Source: Microbotryum violaceum | Taxonomy: Eukaryota | Length of the DNA: 64,000 nt | NCBI GenBank assembly: GCA_001244265.2 | Contig: CDLV01000004.1 | Span: 3,162,001 to 3,226,000, forward strand | Direction of reading: 5' to 3' | Shown: in pieces, positions 1 through 20,820 of the stretch | How the letters are laid out: each line of letters starts with the position of its first letter | Numbering within the stretch: the stretch's first letter is position 1 | Program-made: the position numbers and the translations under genes | The notes under the pieces: model-generated | Told to the model about the DNA's origin: nothing | What the model saw: the letters and a program-made list of their open reading frames with translations, nothing else | Databases searched by the model: none

Positions 1-351
1 CAAGCAAAAGTCCGCCGATGTCGAAGCGTGAATTATTAGAATCTGTATCCTTGCTCGATCTCTATAAACTGTTCTTCGTGGATGAGAGAAGCGAGGGACC
101 GGTGCCAATTCTGGTCTAATCCCAGTCGGCGCAATCACGTTCGGGAGCGTCGGCCTTGGCGGTTCGGGCGCCGGACCGCTGACACCACGGGCGCGGAGAG
201 GCCAAGCGGGGCAGAACATCGATGTAGTAGCTACTGCTTCGTCCGCCTCGTCTCACCGGCCAGAAGTACTATAGACCTATACATGCATCAAACTACTGTT
301 CCCAGAGTGATACATCACACATTGCAAGAGATACAGGCGTCTATACTATGT

Positions 352-480
352 GGTACCAAAGTCCCCATGAACGTGGTACAAGAATGACCTCGGATGTGAT
401 CCCAAAGTCCGCATCGATGTGATCCCAAAGTCGCCTCCGATGTGGGACCAGAGTTGCCATCCTCGTGACCAAAGTGCCCT
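352..480. repeat. Short array of ~22-bp spaced (G)ACC/CCCAAAGT motifs, possibly subterminal repeats of a DNA transposon
   Basis: GGTACCAAAGTCC, GATCCCAAAGTC x2, GGGACCAGAGTT, GTGACCAAAGTGCCCT; the last resembles the GGACCAAAATGCCCTC motif in the MULE TIR at 30.3 kb. Confidence 0.4.
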
Positions 481-688
481 GCTATTCGCGGGATTAACCT
501 AATTCCGTTTCGGCTTTTGCTGCAAGGATTTAACGCGCCGATTCAGGCTCGCGCGCACGGACCCTCTCTCTCCCGTGAATGTTGTGGATCTAGTGGCTAT
601 GACACTTTAGATAAGTCCAACCCCCTTGTCAAGAAACATTGATTTTGCGGAGATAACCGAATATGTGATATCTAATCAGGCTTGATAC

Positions 689-896
689 AAAAAAAAAAAA
701 AAAAAAAAAAACTGTGCTTCCCACACACGCGGGCTCACGGGCGGTACTCGCAACACACGTTCCCTTTTGGGCCTTCACTGCGTTGTCGACGTTTCCCCCA
801 GTGGATGCTATAGCTGTGCTTCCCACACGCGAGCTCACGGGCGGTACTCGCAACGCACGTTCCCTTTCGGGCCTAAACTGCGTTGTCGACGTTTCC
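689..896. repeat. A23 tract followed by two ~85-bp direct repeats (712-796, 814-896)
   Basis: CTGTGCTTCCCACAC...CTCACGGGCGGTACTCGCAAC...CTGCGTTGTCGACGTTTCC occurs twice with a few substitutions. Confidence 0.85.
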
Positions 897-1653
897 TTAC
901 CAGCTTCTATGGCTGCGTTCACCACCTGTAGGGACAGGTGCGTTCCTCACTCCCAAGACTACCTCCCAGCTGACGAGGTCGCTGATCGAGAGTTCCATCT
1001 TGCCGGACGTTCACAGCTGCTAGCAGCTCGGTATGAAACCCTCGACGTGGCTCGCTTAGAGTAGCTCGGGGTAAGTGCTTTGATACACCCAAGCTTGTTG
1101 CACAGTGTACTTTGCACTTGGATCCCTGCAAATTCTTTGTGGGGGCATTTTGTTCCGAGTCCTTGTTGGGCAACGAGCTAAATCGCATATCTCTCAGCAG
1201 ACCCTTTGCCGTCCTTTGCACCAACCGCGCCACAACTGTCTTCATACAGTGTCTTGACTTTGTCGCAAAGGTATGCTGAGACGATCAGTGGACTTGCTCC
1301 ATCATCAGTTGCAGCCGACTGACATCCAGAAGCTTGGGTCGCAAAGCTCCCAATTGTCATCCCGCCCACCATCCCTGTGTATCACCAAGAAGTTCGGACT
1401 CTCCTCCGTTTAGATCAATCTCTTGCAGTTTTCCCCAGAAGGCTGGGTTTTCACCGCTTGAGGTATTTGTTTAACAACTCCTACACCAATGTTGTCCTTC
1501 GTCTTGCTGCAACTCGAACCACTATTCCGCTACAACTCGCGCGAGTGGTCAGTAGAGTCGACCTCCCAGGCGCGCGCGGAGGGTTAGCGCAATGGGCCTG
1601 AGTTGGCGCAGGCTGGCTGACACGCGGCGCGAGCTGGAGCGTGTCGTCCCTTC

Positions 1654-3510
1654 TTGTGTTTCTTACCTTTTGTGCAATGCAGCTGGCACTCTCATTCTGG
1701 AACCTGGAACCGAACCGGCTCTGTCGCTTCCGCTACCTCTTCTCCGCCAGCCTCAACATCAAGTCAAGGCAGCGGGATCGGTTCCAGTCGCGACACTCCC
1801 GACAGTGCAACCTCATCTCGGGCCGACAAGCGTCGCATTAACGAGCTTTCAAGTGATGGGCAGGATTCGGAACCAAGTGCGGCCAACCCGCTGGGCAAAA
1901 AGCCACTCGGCCGACTACCCAATCGTCCACCTGCATCCGCACCTGCACCGAAACGAGCTCAGGGTCGTCCGAGAAAGACAGACGAGGAGAAGGAGAAGAC
2001 GGCCAAAACACAGGCAAAACAAGCAGAAGCGATAGCAGAAGAGAAAGCGGCGAAGAAACGACAAGAGCAAGGTAACGAGAGGAGGCGAAACGAATCAGGC
2101 TGGAAGTGGAGCCCCACAGCGCCAGATCGTCTTGGACGAGCAGACTCAGAGGAGGCTGGTCAGTTGTTCAAGCTCGATGTGTGGCAGCCTAGTGTGATGG
2201 CGAACCTTCAATCCTGTTCCATTTCGGGCTGACCTGGGGTTATTTTAATATTCCACCCTCGCAGTTTCCCCCTGCAAAAACGTACACCGTGAGTTGCGTA
2301 GACCTGTGTCCCGCACGACGTCTTTCGCATATCAATGGCTGTCAACTCCAGAGACAGACAATTTTCAGCTTTGCGCAAGCATCCAGTTCAAGTTCGTCTT
2401 CAGCTTCAAACCCTTCGTTCGCCGTGCCTTCCGGATCCGGTGCCTCGCACTCGACCGACCCCAGTCTGCCCTCGATGCCGGAATCGGCGAGCTCGGCAGT
2501 GCCCAGCGGCCCCGAGTCTGTTGACTCAATTTCAAAGTCAATGCCAGGTGTATCAATTGTCAACCCCCGACTCACACGCCCCCCGACTACTCCTCTCGGC
2601 GAACCAATCATCGATGCCGATGAGATTTTATGTGATGGGGGAGAGGGTGATCCGTTCGATGGCGATGAGGACGACGGGGTCGTCTCCGCCAAGAGCGAAG
2701 GCCGGCGGGAACATCCCAAGTGACTTACAGAGCTCTACAATTCCAAACGCGAGATGATCAAAGGCGCTAACGGATCCGGGACGAATCATTCCACCAAGCC
2801 TTTTCACCAATTGCTGCATGGTTGGCTTCCGACCAAAACTGTGTGGGCTCGATATTACGACACTCGACGCTCTCGCAATAAGATCCAGGTCTTCGATCCG
2901 TCTTTTTTATTGAAGCGGACTGAAGTGCGATAGCAGCCAGCAAACGGAATCGACCCTGAAAAAAGGCGCCTTACGGCGAGACGGCTTTATCGATCGGCCT
3001 TGCCGGGCATGCGACCTCAACAAGTCAATGTTCCTCATCGGCGTCTCATATCGATGCAACAACAAGAAATTCAACAAGAAGTGTCGGTCTTGGTCGCCCG
3101 AGGTGCTCAATCAAGTGACATCCTCGCTTCGGTCGATGTTCCCTTTCCACCTTTCACATCGCTGCGCAATCACCTCAGTCGTCTGGAATAGCATGCGGGC
3201 AGTTCTCCAACGCGGCTTCGGATCGAAGCAATACGCCCACGTCTTGGTCACAGCTCATCGCGCAGCTCGTGACTGGCTCGAGTTGGACTATCGACCGGCA
3301 ATCGAGTCGCGGAACCCATCGCGCGACTCGAACTCAACTTACGTTTATCCCGATTTTGGAGACTGGGAAGATCCAACGGGCAATTGCGGACACGTGCCGA
3401 ACTCTCAAGTCCTCCAAGCGTTCTACGACTCTGCGATGGCAGAGTGAGTATTTATTCACATTGTATACGGCCGAGAACGACGTCAAAGCGACCCAAGCGA
3501 TGATCACCGA
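1654..3510 (+). pseudogene. Frameshifted remnant of a DUF6729-like, transposon-associated protein with an N-terminal AT-hook-like GRPRK
   Basis: Fragments QVFDP..GLKC..LRRDGFIDRPCRACDLNKSMFLIGVSYRC..RSWSPEVL..FPFHLSHRCAI..MRAVLQRGFGSKQY..GHVPNS resemble my recollection of fungal DUF6729 proteins; no catalytic DDE part visible. Confidence 0.5.
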
Positions 3511-4298
3511 CCCCTCCCGCGGTCGCAATGTCAGCCCGCCGCCCGCCAAGCCGTTGCTCGGCCACAAACCTCCGGTCTCGGGGATGCTCACGGATACAGA
3601 GGTCGAAGCGTCCAATCCTCAAAATTCATTCATCCCCATCCGGGGCGATGGACACAAGCAACAATGGTCCGCGTGCAGGGGTTGCTACCAGTGGCAGTTC
3701 AGTGAGCGCAGTCACCAGGAAAGTAATGCGGCACTGTCGGTTCGGCGGTCAAGCCTCTTGCAAGTTCAAGGGATCAGCGTCAGCCCAACAGGGATCGGAG
3801 ATTGGGTGTGAAAACCCATGTGTGTGTGGATTGCGGGAAGATGTATGGCCTGAGTGAAGAGAGGGATCCGAATAACCCAGAATCCCCGAAATTTTGCAAG
3901 GGGCTGACCACGGCTGAGATGGGTGGTCGAGCTCGGTATAAGAAGGAGTGTCATAATTATAAACCACTGTGACATTCTGATGCAATTGTATATCATGTAC
4001 CGCTTATTTTTCATTTCTTCTCCTTCCTTTCCCCTTCGGACCCTCCCCTTTTTTTTCTCCTTCCTCCTTTTTACCCTCCCTTTCTTTTTCTTTTCTTTTT
4101 TTATTTTATTCTTTTCCTCTCCGCCCCACCCCCCGGCATGGGTACGGGCCCCGATATTAGGCCGACTCACGGGAGAATGTCAAAATTTGGACATGCGCCT
4201 CAGGGGCGAAATGTGTGTTTCGTTCCAAAATGTCAGTTTCTTGCAATGCGTCTCGACGATTTTCAGGATTTTGGGTCCTCAAAATGTCAACAAAAAAA

Positions 4299-4329
4299 AT
4301 GCGCCTCCGGCTGGGCTTTCGGGGGTCCT
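4299..4329. mobile_element. Right TIR of a 31-bp-TIR DNA transposon (copy 1; left end not seen in window)
   Basis: ATGCGCCTCCGGCTGGGCTTTCGGGGGTCCT matches the TIRs at 8099, 42319 and 49946; AAAATGTC-type subterminal motifs at ~4175-4290 as in 49840-49935. Confidence 0.85.
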
Positions 4330-4610
4330 AGGCGGGCCCAGGCAGGCCAGGGCAGGCCATGGTATGCATGGTACGGTAGTACGGTAGTACGCTATCGTAT
4401 ATCGTACGGCGCGGTTGCCACGCAAATTCGATGAGAGTGGGAGGGAAAAGGCCAAAATTAGAGAGAGTAGCGCGGAAGTGTTCACAGCGCCTGGAATCTC
4501 ATGTTGTTGTTGAGCCCCTGAAACCTGTTGAGTTAGGCACTTGAGGAGTACACTCTGCAGGCTACATGAGCGCAAGCGCACGCGGGCTTTCTCTTAGCTT
4601 CCTTCTGATT

Positions 4611-4715
4611 TGAGCGTTCTAACGTATTGAACCACCTCGAATCAAGTCAGTAGTACTCACGGTATCATTGCAATAGTTAACTGAGCGTTCTAACGTATTG
4701 AACCACCTCGAATCA
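4611..4715. repeat. 34-bp perfect direct repeat (4611-4644, 4682-4715) with 37-bp spacer
   Basis: TGAGCGTTCTAACGTATTGAACCACCTCGAATCA x2. Confidence 0.9.
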
Positions 4716-5705
4716 GACGCCGAGATTCCAGAAAACCGGCATCGGGATGCCAGAAATACGTCACGTGATCGACGGGGCATCGCGCGGCGTAGCGGCGTCC
4801 GCGTCCGCCGCGCGTCAACGACAGCGAGACCACGTCTGAGCTCTGTAGAAGAAGTGTCATGCAAATCCACGCGCTTACTATACGTTAAATCACACACAAA
4901 CTATTCAATAATTGCGCACCCCGCCAAAAATCGACAAAAATTGTAGTCGGGCTGTAGCTCGACTTTTATGGTCCAGAAAATGCAGAAAGGGTTGTACATG
5001 ACTTCTGGTCGGGACACTGATACCACAGGCAGGTGCGGCAGATTCAACAGTGAGCTGGTACATTCACCCCAGGCGGCCCTCCGGCCCGCAACACAGACAA
5101 AAACAGCGATTTTAGGTACATGGTCGCGGATCGACACTTTTTATTTATTTACCAGTTAGGGTAAAGTTCGACGTCTATAACCCCCTTGAATTCGGGTTCG
5201 GGTCCGAGAAAGGGGGGGGTTGGTCCAAGTCGGGTGATGACGCTTTTCACAGAAATATCGCTCTTGGATGGAAAGGGTTCGTTTCTCCTGGGATCGAAGA
5301 AGGGGGTTGGAGCTTGCTCTGGCCCTAAAGAAGAGTACGTGGGACGTGTTGGATCAGGACCCGCTGTGGGGGGAGTTCGTAGCGAACCAGTTCGTGCAGT
5401 GAGACACAGGAACGGGACGGAGTAACATGAATAGTCTCATCACAACAAATGAAACAACACAAGGATGTCTAGAGGAGAGAGTAGAGTGAGAAGGCAGGTT
5501 TTGGTCGTTTTGGGTAGGGTGGGGTAGGGTAGGGGGGCGTGGTAATCGTGATACTTCTCCGGGCGAGAGGATGAGAGAGAAGCGAGGAGAACCGGAAGCT
5601 TGGGAGAACAAGGGATACACTACGATGATGTCGATAGGTTGGAATCGAAACTTGGCCGAGACATGTGTTTGTTAAAGGGTTCTGTGCCGAGCGATGTCTC
5701 TTGCC

Positions 5706-7792
5706 TCATCGACCTTCCAACCTCGACCTCTTGGGCTCACTTCCACCATGTTGACCACCCCCATCGACCTCACCCCTCTTCTCGTTCTGCATCCTTGCGG
5801 TGCTTAACTCCTCCCTCAGCTTCTCCACCTCCCTCTTGAGATCGCTCGTCATCTGATCCGACAACAACTTCTCCAAGGTCCATTTCTCGATCAGGGTCGC
5901 CTCCTTGTCCTTGAGTGTTGCCTCCCTGTCCTTGAGTTGTTGGATGTACTGCACCGCGCGGGAGAGGATCGAGCCCTTGTTCTTCTCGCAACCGGGGACG
6001 ATGTTCTTGAGCTCGTTGATGCCTTCGTTGATCGTTTCGCGTCGGCGGCGTTCGACTTCTTTCTGTGGACGGCTCGGATGAGGGTTGGATGTGGGTCAGT
6101 GTTCAGTCACTTTGCTTCAAACGAGAAAGGCAGAGAGAGCAGATGAACATGGTTATCTTTCCTGGTTCTGTTCCACTCCTGCTCGGTATGCAGCTTCTCC
6201 CCACCTTCCTCATCATCCCCATTCGTCGCTGCCGCTCCATTCCCATTGGCGGCCGCGCCGGCCGCACTTGTCGAAGCATTCGCATTGCCCGTCGAAGCTC
6301 CAGTAGTGGAGGCCTCCTTCTTGGCGGCCCTGGCCTGGTTCTTCTTGCCCTTGCTGTTCCCATTCGTAGTCGCAGGGGCTGTAGCATTCGCCGTGTAGGA
6401 CTCGCCGTTGTCCTCCGAGTAGTCGGCATCAGAACCGTTCTCGGAAGACGCTCGCGAGTCGTTGCGTTCCGCAATATTAGCGCTCGCATTCGTCGTACCG
6501 ACCGTAGCGGAAGGGTCGATAGTCGTCGAAGCCTGTGCGGCTGAGCCTGTTCGACCGTTCCATGTCGGAGGCTGGGGAGCTTGTTGATGTGGCTGCGACG
6601 CGATGCTCGCAGAGAGGTTGCGCGTAGAAAGACCGGTTCCGTTGGTCTTGTTGCCGTCGGCTTTACCCTTGGCCGTCGCGGAGGAGTCGACATTCTTGTC
6701 GGCCGCGGCAGGGGTTTCGTCGGCGTTCTTCTTGCCGCCCTTTTTCGAAGAGGGCGCAGCAGCGGTGCGTCTGTCCGCGCGGATGTTGGCCGTCAGTCAT
6801 GAAAGCACATACTCGGTCGATGCCTGGGGTGCCTGACGAAACTCACTCGCTCGAGCGTGCACCCGCAGCGTTCGATCCCCTCTTCTTGGGCAAAGGTTGT
6901 TGTTGGGCCATCTATCACGCGAGAAGAGAGTATTGGTCAGTGCATGGCTCGTATGAGTTGATGTCAAGGCCAGGTCACGTGTTTTCAGTTGTCTAGCTCC
7001 TATCACGAGCAACTCCTGTACCCCTGAAAGGAAGTATCGCCAAGGTGGGGTAAATCCCTGACCCCTGAGCGAAAGCGGCAGCGGGACCGAGAGCCGCCGC
7101 GGCAGCTGGCGGCAGTGGCTGGGGCCGCCGCCGCCGCCCGTGCGCCCCGCTGCTGGGCCAGAGGCGAAAAGCGGGTCGTCACGTGGGAAAAAGCCCGCCC
7201 CGGCTCGTGGGCACACGGTCCAGTCCGCCCAGGGGTTGTGAGAAGTATCGGTGGGTTGGCGAGGGACTCATACACCAGTAGCAGCTACAGAGTGTACTCT
7301 AGACGAATGTGGTGGCGGTCGCGGATATGGATGGCTGCAGGGAGCGCAGGAGGCCGAGGTCACGCCGACGAGTGCGTCGTTGTCGAGGGGACTGGGTACG
7401 GGGTAGGGCGAGAACGCTGCCGCAGCACACATCTCGTGACCTGATGTGGGCGAGACCTTGGAGACGATGGTCCATCCCCCCCCCCCCCCCGAAGCCCGGT
7501 GGCAGGCCGTACGAAGCAGCATCACTGGCGAGTGTGAACCCAAGAAAGAACACTAGACATCGGAGCACGGCATTCCGGTGGGTTCGAGGTGCAGCAGCAG
7601 CAGGGAGCAGCACCCTTGGACACCGACCGAGGGACGCGTTGGAGCAGCACACCCGCACGGGAGAGCGAGACAGCGACAGCAGAGCCGAATACAGAGGCCA
7701 AGAAGAGCACTGACCGTGGTGAGCAAATTGGCTAGGGTATGATCATCCGCAGTCGGGGCGGATCCGTTGCCGTTCGAGTTGTAGGGAGCCAT
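5706..7792 (-). CDS. CBF1: Cbf1-like bHLH-zipper transcription factor (spliced)
   Basis: Exons 6847-6911, 6149-6770 and 5706-6062 join in frame via GT-AG introns and give RKDNHKEVERRRRETINEGINELKNIVPGCEKNKGSILSRAVQYIQQLK..EKWTLEKLL. A branch point/TAG acceptor precedes ATG 6911, so exon 7715-7792 (MAPYNSNG..) is a probable first exon (less certain). Confidence 0.9.
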
Positions 7793-8059
7793 AGTCAAGC
7801 GTAAAGAGAGGTCGAGAGAGCGCCGGGGAAAGAAACCCGTTTTGAGGTGCACAAGGCGTGGTGATGGGCGGCTACCGGGTGGCGATCTGTTGTAGTGGAT
7901 TTCTGCGCGGTAGACAGGATCGACGTCGCGCGTAGAAAAAAGGACGACGAGTAGAGTAGGACGGTATCGAAGGTGTCTTCGGGCGGGAAGAAGAGGTAAA
8001 GATAGAGTCCGGCGGCGGCAACGCGGGCGGGCGAAGCCGTCTTTGATTTGAGCCCGCTT

Positions 8060-8067
8060 GTCACGTG
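8060..8067. promoter_or_regulatory. GTCACGTG E-box (Cbf1/CDEI-type site) upstream of CBF1; further copies at 7178-7185, 6974-6981 and 4760-4767
   Basis: Exact RTCACRTG consensus, clustered around the CBF1 gene. Confidence 0.45.
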
Positions 8068-8098
8068 GATGGCGTACGGCTGAGCGGGCAGGCACCTC

Positions 8099-9565
8099 AG
8101 GCCCCCGAAAGCCCAGCCAGAGGCGCATGCGAAAAAACGCCCTTTTTTGACCTTTTTGTCAATTTTTTTTACCCTATTTTGGCCCCAAAATGTCAAAATT
8201 TCGCATGCGCCTCGGAAATATTATCATAATGTGTTCTACATGCTCCAAACATCGCTCAAAAGTCCTCGAAAACGCGTTCCGAGCGTTTGCAGGCGCGCGG
8301 CGGCCTATCGAAAGTGACTGGTGTTGCGCGTGGCTCCACGCTTCAAACAAGCCTTCCTTGCTTTGCTGGCTGGCTCGCTGCTTCGTTGTCAGACTTCATT
8401 TTTGCTGAAGTTGAGCTCCTTGTTTCCGCGGTGGCATTTGTGCGGCTTGTAGAGGTTCTGCCGGCGGCACCTCGCAGGCCGGGCACGCTCCGAAGGGCGG
8501 CAAAGCTTTGCTCGGCATGTGCGCTCGTGCTGATTAGGCGCTCGTCCGGGTAACATGAGGTAAGGTCCGTGGTTGAACGATATGTAGTCGTTGACGGGCC
8601 TAATGACTCGATGACCTGTCGACCATCAATCATGCGGAACGGCGTAGTGCCATCAATGAGGTGTGTGGAATAACATGTTTTCTTGATGAGGCGAAGCTCC
8701 TGTACGACGACATTTGAGAGTAGAACCAACGAGGCGAGCGTGTCTTGGTTGCAGTGGTTTGTTGTCACTCTGCTGTAGATGTGTCGCACTGTAGGACACA
8801 AGACTTGTGTCAAACGAGAACTTCCTCAACTGCCACTCAAAACAACGCGCGTACTAACTCCGATAGACAGCGCTTCTTCTCCATAAACAGTTTGATCGCA
8901 GCTGAGTGAATGCATGCCACACTTGAGGCAAAGCAGATTAGAGATCCAATCTCCAATGGTGTGGCAGCGGTTACAGCTCCGTCAAGCGATCCAAAATGAG
9001 GATAGCGTTGTGCTAGCGCTCCATACTGCTTGTCTCTCTCAGGGAGCTTTTCCTAAAAGTATAGGACCGGCAAAACATTAGATCCAGTTGCCTTCGTTCC
9101 TAAATTCAGCAACAGCTCACTTGAATGCGGCCATCCTCAATATAGGCGTTCTTCTGAATCTCGTTCAAGCTCCTCGTCGTGCCCGCCATGTCTTCGCAGC
9201 GAGATGGTCCCATGGACTGTACCAACCCTTTCAAGACGCATGAATGTGTTGTACTGCGTCCTTTCTCTGTATTGCTAACCCCTACGCCTGCCTCTCCGCG
9301 AGTTGGGTCGCTCGATTCCATCCGCCTCCCTTGAGTAGAACAGCTTGATGGGCAATCAGGTTGGCCAGTTCAGCGAGAAATTGGTATCGCGAGCATCGAC
9401 AACTTGAGGCGGAAGTTTCAAGTGTGTGGGCTGTGTAGACCCAAATAAGCGTGAGCTTAGACCAAAATTTCGATAGTTGAGCTTGGTAGACGCACGATTG
9501 GTCGTGAGAAGCTGTTTGCCTTCTCAACGGCCTCGAGTAGATGATAAGGTCCAATAGTGGGTGAC
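8099..9565 (-). mobile_element. Left part of the 31-bp-TIR DNA transposon (copy 2) with C-terminal ORF remnants
   Basis: TIR AGGCCCCCGAAAGCCCAGCCAGAGGCGCAT at 8099-8128. ORF 8343-8813 (VRHIYSRVTT..LASLVLLSNVVVQELRLI..RMIDGRQVIESL) aligns with ORF 42685-42999, and 9106-9321 (HSCVLKGLVQSMG..GTTRSL) aligns with 43355-43759. Right end not found. Confidence 0.8.
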
Positions 9566-9594
9566 ATAGCCAGAAATGGGTACCCAGCGCTCCC

Positions 9595-9940
9595 GGCCTC
9601 AGACCCCCTCAGACCCGCTCAGCGCGATCTCAGACCAATCTCAGACCGATCTCAGATTGAGCGCCGGTCCTGATTGACTTAGAGCAAGGGCCCGCGGAAT
9701 TCAGACAGTGCTTTGCTACATTTGCTGTGATCACCAGTTTATGCCCGCTCAGACTGAGCTTAATGCTTAATCATAGAGTAATCACCATTACAGACCGGCT
9801 CAGACTGAATTCTGTAGGGTATCATAATGTATTCACTCTTTGCAGGCACAAAGGAGGACCCATGCCTGAACTCAGCTTAACATCAGAGCGCGCTCGTCAC
9901 GCGTTGCAGTTTCAGACAGGCCCAGACCGATCTCAGAGAG
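9595..9940 (+). repeat. Same-strand array of >10 (C)TCAGAC motifs, likely subterminal repeats of another DNA transposon interrupting copy 2
   Basis: CTCAGACC at 9598, 9608, 9629, 9640; variants at 9650, 9701, 9748, 9799, 9912, 9922, 9933. Confidence 0.6.
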
Positions 9941-10425
9941 CGCACCGAGCTTCTCCTGTGCCCGCGTGGAGCCCGCTCCGGATCCTCACGCGTGCGTCTG
10001 AGTCATCCCTGAACCATCAACCCCAGGGTGAGGTGAACCAACAATCGGCTTGGAGTTTTCAGGGGCTTCAAGGTCTTCTCCCTGGGTAGGTATCACTACG
10101 ATGTGCTCTCCTCTCTGTCTATTGACGGTGCTGATATGCGCACCCGATCTTTTCGTTCCTATTGATAGGTATAGCTCCATCGTTCATTCATCATCTCACA
10201 GCGTGACCCGAACTCTGTCAAGGCCCGGCTACAGACGTGTTGCGACGTACGTGTTTTAGACGAGATTGCGTTACCCAGACTAGATTCAATTACACCTTTA
10301 CACCTTTACAAGCACTTTCCCACTGCCACTACTACGTCCTGTCCATTGCCCACTGCATGCTCCCCCACTGCATGCTCCCCACTGCATGCCCCTGCTTCAG
10401 CGCTGCCACCCCTCGTGCTCGGCCC

Positions 10426-11790
10426 CTAATCCGAATCGGCGGCCCTTTCTTGAGTTTCGGGGCGGTCACCATCAAAAAAGGCCCCAACGGCTGAGGCAAG
10501 CGCCGTAGTTTCTTGCTCGAAGTCTTGTTCCGAGCATCCCGTGCCGGCTGCGCGACGCTCGACCGGATCGGGGGCGGGTGGGAGGTCCGGTTTGGCCTTG
10601 ACTTTTTCGAACGCCGTGCCGTTCGTCATGTCCCAACACCACACCAGCCCGTCCGATCCCTCCGGGTCATCCGGTCCGCTGGCTGTTCCGCCCGGGAGTG
10701 GATGCGCCATGTATCTATTGACGGTGTGAACGAGGTAGCTGGTATCCACGGAGCTGTGGGTATACTGCGCGTTTGCCTGCTTGTTGTTGGCATCCGGATT
10801 AGCCCGCTAATCTCTGAAACTGATTGATTTGATCCCAAGCACATACCTTAAGCTTTCGGCCCTCGTATTGGGTGACCCAGCACGCTACTTCCCACCCAAT
10901 CAACGCGACGACGGTGGTGATCCAGCGTCGACGGTAAGGAAGGTCGACCTTTCGATGTGTTGAGGCCTTGGTGCCTCCAAGCAAAAGAGGACGCAAAATA
11001 TTCTCCACAGTATCGTCATTCCCGTAGAGGGTAAAGAGCGTTTCGAGGTTCGGCAGACGGGAGGCAGGTTGCGGCGCATCGTCATTGCCAGCCGCGCGCG
11101 CTCTGCAGTGCATGCATGCAGCGCCTCGCTCAGCATCCACTCGGCCGAGAATTTGACAGGCGCAGGGGTACTCACAGGTGCTGTTCCAGGTAAGGATTGC
11201 CATAGTCGCTCTCCAGGAACATCTTGGCTCGAGTGGCCGCTAGCTTGCGCACGTCCTTGAGATTTGTCGAAACATAGGTCTTGGCCATCGAGACAAGCTC
11301 GGACTGCCAGTTCGGAGATGGCGAACAATTTGATGGTCATCGTGGCATCACAGTAAGAGAAGCGGGTCAGAGGGGATCGCGTTTCTTGCCGAGCGCGTTC
11401 ACTAGCGCTCACCTCGTAGTTCTCCAAGTACTTGGGGTCTTGGCGCAATTCAAAAGGAACGACTTCTTGAAAGCCAGCACCACAGTGCATGCGCCACAGG
11501 ATAAACCGAAAGTCGCCACGGTGATCCGGCTGAATCTTGAAGAGCTGGTACTGTCGTACCAGGGCTCTCAGCTCATCCCGGGCCTCCTGTTGGTCGATCG
11601 GCCCGCCATTGTACGACGTTAGCTCCTGATGCGATACTCCGCACCAGCTCGTCAGTGTACCTTACCATCTTCCATTGTGGCTCTTGATTTGTCTTCCTTC
11701 GCTTCCGAGAGGTACAAGGGTCCTGAGGATGGTTCGCAAAGTGGAAGACGATGTCAGCCTCCTTATAGCTCAATCTAGTGGGAGTTGACA
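10426..11790 (-). pseudogene. Degenerate gene of unknown function (consecutive frameshifted ORFs)
   Basis: Overlapping minus-strand ORFs 11573-11845, 10900-11490, 10799-11203 and 10426-10749 with protein-like composition; no family recognised. Confidence 0.35.
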
Positions 11791-12049
11791 TCGCGTTGGG
11801 GTTGGAGTGGTCGCAGGCACGGCCAGCTTGCGGTTGAGCGTTCACTCCGAGCCGCCACGCTGCAGTATAGTTTCACACCACTGAATAAAGTTCACTCACT
11901 TCCGTATCCTCTCGCTCGTTTTCGCTTGCTTGACTCATCTGTTTTGTTGGAGTTGTTGGGGTTGGGACCAATTGAAGGCTCTGAAGCGAGGTGGCGGAAG
12001 CAGAACCTGACAAACGCGCGCGCGCGCTGTGGACATCGTGCTGATGTTC

Positions 12050-15826
<3,777 letters not shown>

Positions 15827-16020
15827 GGGGAGACGGACGGCGTGCACCTGCATCTACGCGCCATGGACATCAGGAGAGCAACTGAAAATAGTTGAACAGT
15901 GGGACTTTCTAATACCCATTCTGGCTTCACAGGAAGATCGGCTTGATCAAAGTCGAAAATGCACAGCCATTTCGCTTTGTTGTTGTAGGAGCGTCTCTAG
16001 TTACGTGGCGTCGATAGATG

Positions 16021-20483
<4,463 letters not shown>

Positions 20484-20655
20484 TTACGTGGCGTCGATAG
20501 ATGACCTATTGTGAGATAGTGGGTCGCTAAAGGTCAATCGACTGTAACAGAGCGACTAGGCGAGATGTGATATCGAGTGCGTGGTAATGTATTTCAACTA
20601 ACCTATTGTGAGATAGTGGGTCGCTAAAGGTCAATCGACTGTAACAGAGCGACTA

Positions 20656-20820
<165 letters not shown>

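Noticed and set aside
4611-4715. CRISPR-like geometry (34-bp repeat, 37-bp spacer)
   Set aside because: Only two repeats, no cas genes, eukaryotic context; better explained as a local duplication.
6065-6693. Arg-rich ORFs 6103-6693(-) and 6065-6544(+)
   Set aside because: Alternative-frame or antisense shadows of the CBF1 exon.
4299-8128. CBF1 captured inside a transposon bounded by the inverted TIRs at 4329 and 8099
   Set aside because: The TIRs face outward and the flanks share no TSD; they are ends of two separate copies.
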